This document shows positions 37,096 through 48,614 of a DNA stretch of 64,000 bases, piece after piece. The notes under the pieces are model-generated. The model searched no databases. It was not told where the DNA came from and saw nothing but the letters and a program-made list of their open reading frames with translations. Position 1 is the stretch's first letter. Each line of letters opens with the position of its first letter. Source of the DNA: Octopus sinensis (taxonomy: Eukaryota); NCBI RefSeq assembly GCF_006345805.1, contig NC_043000.1, positions 114,824,001 through 114,888,000 of the forward strand, given 5' to 3'. Made by a program: the position numbers and the translations under genes.

Positions 37096-37747
37096 TGTGC
37101 AAGCGCTTTTTCAGTTCTACACACACACACAAATATATTTACACACACACACACACTTTAGAATAGGTTCATCACACCCCTGCATGTCCTAAATGGTCAC
37201 TAAATAGACTGGTAATGAAAAGGGCATCTAACCATAAAACTCTGTCAGAAAAACATCCAACCCATGCCAGTATGGACAACAGATGTAAAACACCAAGGAT
37301 ATGGTGATTTAGGAAAATTGTTAGAGCAGTGGAGAAGATATTGTGTGGGGGTTATTTTTCTGACCCCACCCCCATGCTTCATGATTGAAAATCCAGTCAA
37401 GGTCAACTTTACTTTTGCTCCCTCTAGGGCTGACAAATTAAGTACCAGTCAATCATTGAAACAACACCATCCACCTCCCACCTCTCTCTATATATATATA
37501 CTGTGATATGAGAAGGCTCTGGGGGACCACCCACAGGGTATCTGATGTCAGAAAGGGTAGCAGATGACCCTACAGAGATAACTGAGCCACTCTCATTCCA
37601 GAAGTTTCTAGTTATAGATGACAGATTTTATTAGCAATATAACAAAGGCTAATGGCTGAGTAGAATAGTCAAAGCATCAGACAAAATGCCTTGTGGTATT
37701 TAGTTAGAGTTCTCTACATTCCAAGTTCAAATCCTGCCGAGATAATT

Positions 37748-38490
37748 CTTTTAATTGTTTCAGTCATTTGACTGCGGCCATGCTGGAGCACTGCCTTTAG
37801 TTGAACAAATCAACCCCGAGACTTCTTTGTAAGCCTCGTACTTCATCTATCAATCTCTTTTGCCGAATTGCTAAGTTATAGGGACATAACCCCACCAGCA
37901 TCGGTTGTCAAGTGATGGTGGTGGGGACAAACACATACACACACACACATGCACACATATATGTATATATACGACAGGCTTCTTTCAAATCCACTCACAA
38001 GGCTTTACAGAGTGTACTGGGTGCTTTTTACATGTCACCAGCATGAATGCCTTATATGTTTTAAGCATGAATGCTTTGCACATGCCCCTGGCACAGGTGC
38101 TTCTTACTTAGCACCAGCACCAATTTCATTCATACATGTCTTCTTCTAAACTTCACATGGTTCCCGGTTCAGTCCCACTGCGTGGCACCTTGGGCAAGTG
38201 TCTTCCACTATAGACTTGGGCCAACCAAAGCCTTGTGAGTGGATTTGGTAGACAGAAACTGAAAGACGTCTGTCATGTGTGTGTGTGTGTGTGTATATCT
38301 TTGTCCCCACCAGCATCGCTTGACAACTGATATTTGTGTGTTTATGTCCCCATAGCTTAGCAGTTCGGCAAAAGATACCGATAGGATAAGTACTAGGCTT
38401 ACAAAGAACAAGTCCTAGGGTTGATTTGTTCAACTAAAGGCAGTGCTCCAGCATGGCCACAGTCAAATGACTAAAACAAGTAAAAGAATA
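37748..38490. mobile_element. Two family A SINEs in opposite orientation (37748-38005 -, 38153-38490 +)
   Basis: The family A 3' half is present on both strands within 750 bp. Confidence 0.8.
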
Positions 38491-39344
38491 AATGGACAGA
38501 GGCTTTGCTGAAGTTTTTTGAAACAGTTGAAAGGTATTATTAGGTTAAGATGACATTTTACATATTAAAGGTGTCAAACGTCAGACAGATTATGGTGACA
38601 GATGTCTAATATATTTTTACTTTCATTGATTGATGTGGACAATGAGGATGTTAAGTACGTCTCCTAAAATCTCTCCCTTCAAATTGGTAACAGTGTCCTG
38701 AGCTGAAAACCAATCTAGTTATTGGTTTTGTTGGTTCATATGTTCTGATGTTTTAAAAATGTGCTAAAAATGTTTCATCATCATCATCATTTAACGTCTG
38801 CTTTCCATGCTAGATTGGATGATTTTGACTGAGGGCTGGCAAACCAGATGGCTGCACCAGGCTCCAATCTTGATCTGGCAGAGATTCTACAGCTGGATGC
38901 TCTTCCTAACGCCAGTGTAGTGGATGCTTTTTATGTGCCACATGCATGGGGGCCAGTCAGGTGGTACTGGCAACAACCTCGCTCGAATCTTTTTACACAT
39001 GCCACCGGCACAGGTGCCAGTAAGGCGACGTTGGTAACGATCACGCTCAAATGGTGCCCTTTTATGTGCCACCGGCACAGAAGCCAGTTGACTGCTCTGG
39101 CAATGATCACTCTCGGATGGTGCTCTTGGCACAAATTTTGACTCTTTCATTGAACATGTTATTACACTTTATTAGACCTCAGGAAGCTTTACTGGTTCCT
39201 GAAGTCCATATTCTAAATATAATGGGAAGCTTATTGAAGGAACTATCAGTTACATAGAGCTGATCAAATAAGAAGGGAATCTTTACATGATTGTTCAACC
39301 GCCTGCAACCAAATCTCCCTTAATTTATACACTAACATCATTAA

Positions 39345-39568
39345 CCCTTTCGTTACCAACCCCCCCAAAACCGGCTCTGGCTCTGTAGTACAAATGTCTT
39401 GTTTTCATAAGTTTTGAATTAAAATCTTACCCACCAAACCTTAGTCACAGTTTATGTTCTTAACACTAACTGAATGATAACTAAGTTATTTTACTAAATT
39501 CTTTGTTATATTTAAAGTAATTGAAAGGAAACACAGAGCATCTCAACCGAAATATGGTAACAAAAGGG
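39345..39568. mobile_element. piggyBac-type MITE, copy 1
   Basis: TTAA|CCCTTTCGTTACC ... GGTAACAAAAGGG|TTAA. Confidence 0.9.
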
Positions 39569-39599
39569 TTAAAATATATAATACAGAAACAATTCTTAA

Positions 39600-39823
39600 C
39601 CCTTTTGATATCAACCCAGCTGAAACCGCCTCTGACTCTGTAGTACAAATGTCTTTTTTTTTCATAAGTTTTGAATTAAAATCTTCCACCAAACCTTAGT
39701 CACAATTTATGTTCCTAACACTAACTGAATGATAACTAAGTCCATCTACTAAACTCTTCGTTATTTTAAAAATTAATTGAAAGAAACACAAAGCATCTCA
39801 AAATAAATACGGTAACAAAAGGG
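39600..39823. mobile_element. piggyBac-type MITE, copy 2 (same family and orientation)
   Basis: TTAA|CCCTTTTGATATC ... GGTAACAAAAGGG|TTAA; internal sequence colinear with copy 1. Confidence 0.9.
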
Positions 39824-39952
39824 TTAAATGATAAAGTGCTTGATACACAGTACTCAAACATTACTACTGGATGGCAGCTGCTCAATCAGGACTGACCTAA
39901 GGTACTTAGGGTTAGATTACAAAAATACAGGTCACTCAGGGAACCTCTGTAT

Positions 39953-40461
39953 CAGTCTTCTCCAACCCTTTTTACCTATGGAGGCCTTTGATTCTTATTT
40001 AATTTGGATGGAGTATCATAACCATTCCATGTTGAAAAAGTATCCTACATTATTTCTGTTATGAAACATTAGGAATTGTAGGACAAAATTTTTTTAATAT
40101 TTTGAGTATTGTTGTAGATTAAATGGCTTTCAAGACCGTTTTGGATGGTGATGTTTGATGAATTGAGGCCATGTTCATCTTCTGTGTAGTATCTCATGTA
40201 TGCTAGCTGGTATGTGTTGTAAGAGAGCCAACTAGATCATGTCTTTGCTCTCCAACGTCTAGATGCCAAAGGAGGAAGTCACAAAGCCTTGTGTCAGAAT
40301 CACACCTCTGCTTGCGCCATCTAGCGCGAGCTTGTTTAAACCCACTGTCAAGGGAGGTAACTGCACCTATAATAGTATAACTAGTTTATTGCAGATAAAT
40401 CTTAACAGCAAAATTTTATGTGGACCCCAAGGGCCATAAGGCCCCTGGTTAAAAACCACTG
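39953..40461. mobile_element. Old hAT-like MITE, probably with an internal insertion
   Basis: CAGTCTTCTCCAACC ... GGTTAAAAACCACTG imperfect ends; no clean TSD. Confidence 0.4.
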
Positions 40462-41291
40462 CTTGACATAGCAGCCAAATCTTCCACAGTGTACGCACTC
40501 CACTTTGGGCAAAATAGAAGCACATTGATGATGTAGTCTCATTTATCCTGTATACCAGAAAAAAAATGGGATGGTCATTGATGGAACACCTTTGATGATA
40601 GGTGTGGTGAGTTTGGGCTGACACAGAGTAAAACAACATCCGGTAACAAGCTAAAAGGTTGCCTCTCTTACTTCTTTGTCCGTTTCTAAATCAGTCTTGA
40701 AGTTGTTCCATACTACCACAACTACTACTACTACTACTACTACTATTTATACTACTGTTGCTACTACTACTACTATTATTACTACTACTACTACCATCAT
40801 GACTGTCACCACACCACCACCAACCCCATCAACACCAGTCCAACATAAACACAGCCCACCTCACATCTGATATGTTTCAAAGGATCTGCAGTGTTAAATA
40901 AGGTCTTACAGGGAAGAGGGAGGGAGAGGTAGCAAGTAAAGGAGAGACAGAGAGAGAGGGAGAAGAGAGAGAGCTAGAAGGCAGCAGTATAGTAAAGGGG
41001 GAAGGTGGGAGATATGAAGGTGATAATAAGGATGAAGGAGGAGGGGAGAAATCACAGATATTATAGAAGAAGGGGAGGGATGAACGGTGGAATAGAAGGA
41101 ATGGGGAGTAGGAGAAATAAGGGGTGGTGAGAGGAGAGATACTGTTTGACAAATTAACTGACACTTGGTAATGAGGATAGAACTGTCATCAAGTATTAAC
41201 ATGTTGTTGTTGTTGGTGGTGGTTTTTATGCCATATTGTAAAGTAATTTGCCTCTAGATTCAGGTCTACCCCTGTGTGTGTGTGTGTGTGT

Positions 41292-41678
41292 GTAGGCGTA
41301 GGAGTAGCTGTGTGGTAAGTAGCTTGCTTACGAACCACATGGTTCCAGGTTCAGTCCTACTACATGACACCTTAGGCAAGTGTCTTCAACTACAGCCTCG
41401 GGCCGACCAAAGCCTTGTGAGTGGATTTGGTAGATGGAAACTGAAAGAAGCTCGTCGTATATGTGTATATATATGTATGTGTGTGTGTATGTTTGTGTGT
41501 CTGTGCTTGTCCCCCAACATCGCTTGACAACCGATGCTGGTGTGTTTACGTCCCCGTAACTTAACAGTTAGGCACAAGAGACCGATAGAATAAGTACTAG
41601 GCTTCCAAAGAATAAGTTCTGGGGTCAATTTGCTCGACTAAAGGCGGTGCTCCAACATGGCCAGTAAGAGTAAAGAGT
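41292..41678 (+). mobile_element. SINE family A, full length (others ~47566-48170 -, 48385-48952 -, 51560-52178 +, 52705-53106 -, 53849-54170 +)
   Basis: Complete head, microsatellite and tail layout. Confidence 0.9.
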
Positions 41679-42019
41679 GTGTGTGTATGTGTGTGTGTAC
41701 ATGCAACACTGCATGTCCCTGTTTATCACAGAATCTATACTTTCACCTGTCTGGTAATCTATGTGGTTGTGTGTGTGTGTGAGTGAGTGTGTGTGTGTGT
41801 GTATTCACGCTCTTATGTCTGTATATGTGTTTGTGATCCTTCCTTGTGTATCTGTAGTTGTATGTAAGCTCTGTGTGTGTGTATATATGTATCACAGTCT
41901 ATACTTTCACTTGTATGTTTGTCTACATGGCTCTGTGTGTGTGTGTGTGTGTTCATGCTTTTACGTCTGTATATGTGTCTATGTCCCTTCCTTGTGTATC
42001 TGGGTACCTATTTGTCTCT

Positions 42020-42250
42020 AAGAGAAGGGATTTAACATTGAGGAACAAGAATTCATGGGGTCTGCAACAGACAGTGGAGAGGCAGTGGGTCCAAGTAGGG
42101 TAGGGATTGCATCTAGAGCTGGTAAGCTGAGCGGAGCAGAGACCATTCTTGGAACTGTTGTAATATCAAAGAGAGAGGACATAGCTGTGTTGAGGAACAG
42201 TGTTAGAGAGGGTTCAATCATTCGACAGTGGGGGAAGCATAGGCTATAAT
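42020..42250 (-). mobile_element. Ancient LINE (CR1/L2/Jockey-like) ORF2 3' remnant; similar relic at ~44290-44440
   Basis: Minus-strand peptide NGLCSAQLTS resembles the GxCSSEL tail of such RTs (recalled); heavily decayed. Confidence 0.3.
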
Positions 42251-42479
42251 AAGTATTTGTTTGTTGATTAGTAATAAGCATATAAACATGACTATGTGTT
42301 AATAAATATGACTGTTGGTGGCAGAGGAGTTGAAAATTCCCCCTCCCCCGTAATCCTCCCATGGGGGTGGGGTGCAGCCAGGTATGTACTGACAGTCTTT
42401 ACTATTTTCCAGGTTCTATACTAACATGCATATTGATAAACAAAAAGTCTATAAACAGCATGGATTAACCATTAAGTGT

Positions 42480-42800
42480 AAGCATGTGGCTTAGTGGTTA
42501 GGGCATTCGGCTCACGATCATAAAGTTGTGAGTTCAATTTCTGGCGAGGCATTATGTCCTTGAGCAGAAGAGTTTATTTTACATTGCTCCAGTTCACTCA
42601 GCTGGCAAAAATGAGTAGTGCCTGTATTTCAAAGGACCAGCTTTGTCACACTCTGTATCATGCTGAATCTCCCTGAGAACTACGTTAAGGGTACACGTGT
42701 CTGTGGAGTGCTCTGCCACCTGCACATTAATTTCACGAGCAAGCTGTTCCATTGATCGTATCAGCTGTGATCCTCATCATCGTAACCGACAGAGTGCTCC
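42480..42800 (+). mobile_element. tRNA-derived SINE family E (second copy at ~33255-33520)
   Basis: TGGCTTAGTGG A box, GAGTTCAATT B box; tail CCTGTATTTCAAA...GAGAACTAC.TTAAGGG...TTAATTTCA.GAGCA shared with 33.3-33.5 kb. Confidence 0.8.
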
Positions 42801-43129
42801 CCCTTTTTTTTAACCTTTAAGCAAAATAAGCATATGCTTAAGTCTTCAAGGGAAAGCAGGGGCACTACAGAAATAGTAAATGGTTTATGGCACAAAAGAA
42901 ATTACTTTAGACTAACTACAATAATATTCAAAATGGTTTATATGATGGGAAATATATTTTCAAAGTGTTCATGGTGTCATAGTGAAGATCTGATCAAAGA
43001 TTTTGCAATTAAAAAAAGTAGGAGAAAACTTCATATATAAATAAAGTGGAAGTATATAAAAATAAACATTTCTCCATCTTACTGATAGTTTTGTTTCATT
43101 TTGAAAAATAATAAATTATTAATGGTTTA

Positions 43130-43500
43130 TTATTACCTCCACCTTAGCAAATGCAGAGGTATTGTTTTCAGTTGCGTTTGTTTGTTTGTTTGTCCCTGGA
43201 CAAGATATTTCAAGAACCACCTGATGGATTTGGATGAAGCTTTCAGAGATGTTTGGCCTCATGACTGGCACAAACTGATTAGATTTTGGGATAAATCGGA
43301 TACCAGACAAGGATTCAGTATTATTTTTCCAGTTTTTTTTTACTTAATTTTTGAGAGTAGTCAGGTTCATTTTTAGTATTCTCATTTGTGATAGCAGTTG
43401 AGTTATTTCAGATATTCTCATTTTAAAAATCATCTCTGGCTAATCATTGAGAGGACCTTGGTGTTGCCTTCGTAGAAGTTTGCACTCTCTGAGTGTTCTT
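43130..43500 (+). mobile_element. Helentron-associated (HINE/DINE-1-like) element
   Basis: 5' TTATTACCTCCACC..GCAGAGGTATTGTTTTC, (GTTT)n, 3' degenerate subTIR CGTAGAAGT and terminal hairpin GCACTCTCTGAGTGT. Confidence 0.7.
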
Positions 43501-43614
43501 GTTGTTTATATTTTGAAGGTCGATATAAATTTTAGGGTCGATGTAATCAACTAGTCCCTTCCCCAAAACTTCAGGCCTTGTTCCTATAATAGAAAGGGTT
43601 ATTTGTCTCTGTTA

Positions 43615-44213
43615 AGGTGGCAAGCTGGCAGAATCGTTAGCATGCCGGGCGAAATGCTTAACGGTATTTCGTCTGCCGCTACGTTCTGAGTTCAAATTCC
43701 GCCAAGGTCGACTTTGCCTTTTATCCTTTCGGGGTCAATTAAATAAGTACCAGTTACGCACTGGTGTTGATATAATCGACTTAATCTGTTTGTCTGTCCT
43801 TGTTTGTCCTCTCTGTGTTTAGCCCCTTGTGGGTAGTAAAGAAATAGGTATTTCGTCAGTCTTTATGTTCTGAGTTCAAATTCTGCTGAGGTCAACTTTG
43901 CCTTTCATCCTTTTGGGGTTGATAAATTAAGTACCAGTTGGATACTGGGGTCAATAAAATTGACTGGCCCCCTCCCCCAAAATTTTTGGCCTTGTACCTA
44001 GAGTAGAAAAGAATCGTTAGCATGCTGGGTGAAATGCTTAGTGGCATTTTGTCTGCTGCTACATTTTGGAGTTCAAATTCTGCCAAGGTTGACATTGCCT
44101 TTCATCCTTTCAGGATCAATTAAATAAGTACTAGTTACACACTAGGGTCATTGTACTCGACTAGCCCCTTTTCCCCCCAAAGTTTCAAGGGTTTGTGCAT
44201 TGAGTAGAAATAA
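43615..44213 (+). mobile_element. Three head-to-tail family B SINE units
   Basis: GAGTTCAAATTC..GCC..GGTC.ACTTTGCCTT repeats at ~43690, ~43872 and ~44069. Confidence 0.85.
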
Positions 44214-45068
44214 TAATTTGTCTCTGTTGATTTGGATCCAATTTAGTTCTTTTATGTTCCAACTCACATTGAGTGGGGATGGTCATGGTGATGGTAGGGA
44301 TAAAAAGAGATGGCTAATAGTGATAGTCTGGGATATGGTTGAGGAAATGGGAGTGGGGAGTCACATTCATCTGCAGTGAAGCTTTTCCATGCCCTCCACC
44401 ACAGGAAGAAGAACATAATGAATAATTTGGCAGGTTTTCAGTATTGACTGATTCCAACTTTATTGATGTGAACTGACCATAGCAAACACTTCTGCCTACA
44501 AAACACAAGTATCCTCACTACTGCAGCTGCTGCTGCTACTACTACTGCTGCCGCTGAGTGGGGGGAGGGTAGTCAATATTATCAGCCCCAGTACGTGACT
44601 GGTACTTTGTGTTGACCCCAGAAGGATAAATAGTAAAATTGGCTTCAGGGTGTACAGAGCCAGACAATACACCGCAAACCGTTTTTTCCAACATTCTAAC
44701 AATTCTGTCATTTCACCTGTTTAATAGTGGAGGTGCATGGTTCAGTGGTTAGGGTGTTGGACTTATGACCATAAGATTCATGTTTCAATTCCTGGACCAA
44801 GCAATATGTTGTGTTCTTGAGCAAAGCACTTTACGTATGTAAGTATGAGTATATATGTATATGTATGTGTTTGAGTGTCTGTGTTTGCCCCCCCTCCATC
44901 ACTTGACAACTGATGCTGGGGTGTTTATGTCCCTGTAACTTAGCAGTTCAGCAAAGAGACTGATAAAATAAGTACTAGGTCACAATGAGATACATGTTAA
45001 CACATGGAAGATTCAATCAGAATGATTTTACATATATATATATATATATCTATATATATATATATATA

Positions 45069-45860
45069 TGTGTGCAAGAGAGACGATTGCGCTGGTATGG
45101 TCATGTGGCGAGAATGGATGAAGATAGGTGTGTGAGAAAGTGCCAATCCCTAGCAGTTGAGGGAACCCGTGGAAGAGGTAGACCCAGGAAAACCTGGGAC
45201 GAAGTGGTGAAGCACGACCTTCGGACGTTAGGTCTCACCATGGAAATGACTAGAGACCGAGACCTATGGAAGTATGCTGTGCGTGAGAAGACCCGGCAAG
45301 ACTAGTGAAGCCATAATCCATGGCCCCTACCTGGGACGTAGTCAGTCCACCTGTGCATACCTTCAAATCGAACCAAATCAAAATAGATGAACATCAATGG
45401 AATTTGTATCCTTGTGGTACCAGTGCCGGTGGCACATAAGAAAACCATCCGAACGTGATCGTAGCCAGTACCGCAACGACTGGCCTCCGTGCTGAGGGCA
45501 CATAACAAACACCATCCGAGCGTGGCGTCCGCCAGCCCCGTCTGGCACCTGTGTCGGTGACACATAAGAAAACACCATCCGAGCGTGGCCATCAGCCAGC
45601 CTCGTCTGGCACCTGTGTCGGTGGCACATAAAAAACACCATCCGAGCGTGGCCGTCTGCCAGCCTCGTCTGGCACCTGTGTCGGTGGCACATAAAATCAC
45701 CCACTACACTCTCGGAGTGGTTGGCGTTAGGAAGGGCATCCAGCTGTAGAAACATTGCCAGATCTGACTGGCCTGGTGCAGCCTTCGGGCTTGCCAGACC
45801 CCAGTTGAACCGTCCTACCCATGCTAGCATGGAAAGCGGACGTTAAACGATGATGATGAT
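45069..45860 (+). mobile_element. 5'-truncated RTE LINE: ORF C-terminus plus 3'UTR (repeat array, SINE-like domain, (GAT)n)
   Basis: VQERRLRWYGHVARMDEDRCVRKC..VEGTRGRGRPRKTWDEVVKHDL...DRDLWK, stop at 45305. Confidence 0.92.
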
Positions 45861-46403
45861 GTGTGTGTGTGTGTGTGTGTATATTGTTATTGCTGTTATT
45901 ATGCAAAAATGTTGTAAGTCCAAAATGTTGCTTTTTCAGAAAATGAAAAAAAAATTAGTTTCACCATTCCATAGCAAAACCATTGTACTACACTTTGACA
46001 ATTTTTGATATCTTGGCATCTGAAGCAGCTGGTGATACAATAGTTTGGCAAGAAGAACTAGCTATTGCAAGCAAAATTAAATATTAAAAAAAAAATTGCA
46101 TTTGGTCAAATTTGGGCATACAACAGTACCAATCTGACCGTGGCCGTTGCCAGCCTCGCCTGGCACCTGTGCAGGTGGCACGTAAAAAGCACCCACTACA
46201 CTCACGGAGTGGTTGGCGTTAGGAAGGGCATCCAGCTGTAGAAACACTGCCAGATAAGACTGGAGCCTGGTGCAGCCTTCTGGCTTCCCAGATCCCCGGT
46301 CGAACCGTCCAACCCATGCTAGCATGGAGAATGGACGTTAAACGATGATGATGATGATGATGATATGTGTGTGTGTGTGTTTGTATAAATACACTGATAG
46401 ATC

Positions 46404-46590
46404 GTTAGCCACTACACACATTTTCTTTCTCACCTTATTTCTCTACTTGTTTTTTCTGTGTCCCTTTCTGTAGAAGAGCGTAGGCTCGAAACGTAAAAGA
46501 CTTTTTCTATTCATGAGCATTATACTAATACATCTGTTTGTTTTGTACACCACCTGTCTTCGTCTTTTGTTTTTTTCCGTAAACTCTCCC
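46404..46590 (+). mobile_element. Solo pLTR-like element carrying a minimal hammerhead-like motif
   Basis: Second copy at 27924-28108; ends in (TA)n. Confidence 0.7.
46460..46501 (+). ncRNA. Minimal type I hammerhead-like motif with an A6U core variant
   Basis: GTCCCTTT-CTGTAGA-A-GAGC-GTAG-GCTC-GAAA-CG-TA-AAAGAC. Confidence 0.6.
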
Positions 46591-48576
46591 TATATATATA
46601 TACACATACATATACAAATACATATATTAGTCAATGAAATTCCAAACATAGTTGGACTTTCAGGATTTATTTTTGTGTTTTACAAGTTTACAATATTACA
46701 ATAATACGATAACAAGTTTTCCGCAATCCTCAGGTTTATGTTGTAATATTAACCGATAGTCATGCTTCACACCTGATAACTCGAATAAAATGATTGAATT
46801 TGTCCTTTATATACTTTCTGATAGGCTCCACTGGGCCAAATCTTCTGAACTGTATTCTAACCAACCAACGTGCAGCTTAGACATCACAGCTTGGTGAACA
46901 TGCCAACAGAATTGACATTGATAATTTCGTATTCACAGAAATATTTTTAACCAATCAGAGTGTGACTTAGATGTCACAGCTTTGATGAGTGTACCAACAC
47001 AACTGACATTGACAGGATTTATTCATAGAAATCTTTTAATCAATCAGAGTTACCTGTAAAGCATTCAACACTTGATACAACAAACAATATTCCTGCTTTA
47101 AATTAATTTCATGTTACTATTAAAAGTTTTAGGCGGTGAGCTGGCAGAAACATTAGCATGCTGGGCAAAATGCGTAGTCATGTTTCGTCTGCCGTTACGT
47201 TCTGAGTTCAAATTCCGCCAAGATCGACTTTTCCTTTCATCCTTTCAGGGCCGATAAATTAAGTACCAGTTACGCACTGGGGTCGATGTAATCGACTTAA
47301 CCAGTTTGTCTGTCCTTGTTTGTCCCCTCTGTGTTTAGCCCCTTGTGGGCAGTAAAAAAATAGATATTTCATCCGTCTTCATGTTCTGAGTTTGAATTCT
47401 GCCATGGCCGACTTTGCTTATTATTTTTTATTGTTTTTATCGTAGAATTACAATTTATTATTATTATTACTAAAAGTTATCATTATCCGTGGTATGCACA
47501 AATGTTTTGTGTTTGGAATCATATATCCTTGATACCAGGTCACAACCAGTTTCCTTAGACACACTCTCTTTACTTGTTTCAGTCATTTGACTGCGGTCAT
47601 GCTGGAGCACCACCTTTAGTCGAGCAAATCGACCCCAGGACTTGTTCTTTGGAAGCCTAGTACTTATTGTATCAGTCTCTTTTTGCCAAACCGCTAAGTT
47701 ACAGGGATGTAAACACACCACCATCGGTTGTCAAGCAATGTTGGGGTGACAAACACAGACACACAAACATATGCACACACATAAAAGCACTGTCCGTTCG
47801 TGGCCGTTTGCCAGCTCTGTCTGGCACCTGTGCAGGTGGCACGTAAAAAACACCCACTACACTCGCGGAGTGGTTGGCGTTAGGAAGGGCATCCAGCCGT
47901 AGAAACACTGCCAAATCTGACTGGGCCTGATGAAGCCTTCCGGCTTCACAGACCCCAGTTAAACCGTCCAACCCATGCTAGCATGGAAAACGGACGCTAA
48001 ATGATGATGATGATGATATATATGATGGGCTTCTTTCAGCTTCCATCTACCAAATCCTCTCACAAGGCTTTGGTTGGCCCGAGGCTATAGTAGAAGACAC
48101 TTGTCCAAGGTGCCACGCAGTGAGACTGAACCTGGAACCATGTGCTTGGTAAGCAAACTACTTACCACATATGTATATCCAAAAACAGTAAAGAATGGAA
48201 CAGGTAAAATGCAGACTCTAAATGTTTCATAGCAAACCAATACTTATGTAAGTTGTAACATACACAAAAGAAACTTTGCCATGAAATGAATTATATATAA
48301 TTGCAACTATATAAATTAATATATACCATACATGTCCTCAGTTTGCAAAGCAAAACATGTGTGGTGGGGAAGCCTCCTGATGCTCTTTTACTCTTCTACT
48401 TGTTTCAGTCATTTGACTGTGGCCTTGCTGGAGCAAGGCCTTTAGTTCAGCAAATCAAACCCAGGACTTATTCTTTGTAAGCCTAGTACTTATTCTATTG
48501 GTCTCTTTTGCCGAACTGCTAAGTTACGTAAACACACCAGCATCGGTTGTCAAGTGATGTTGGAGGCAAAGGGACA

Positions 48577-48614
<38 letters not shown>

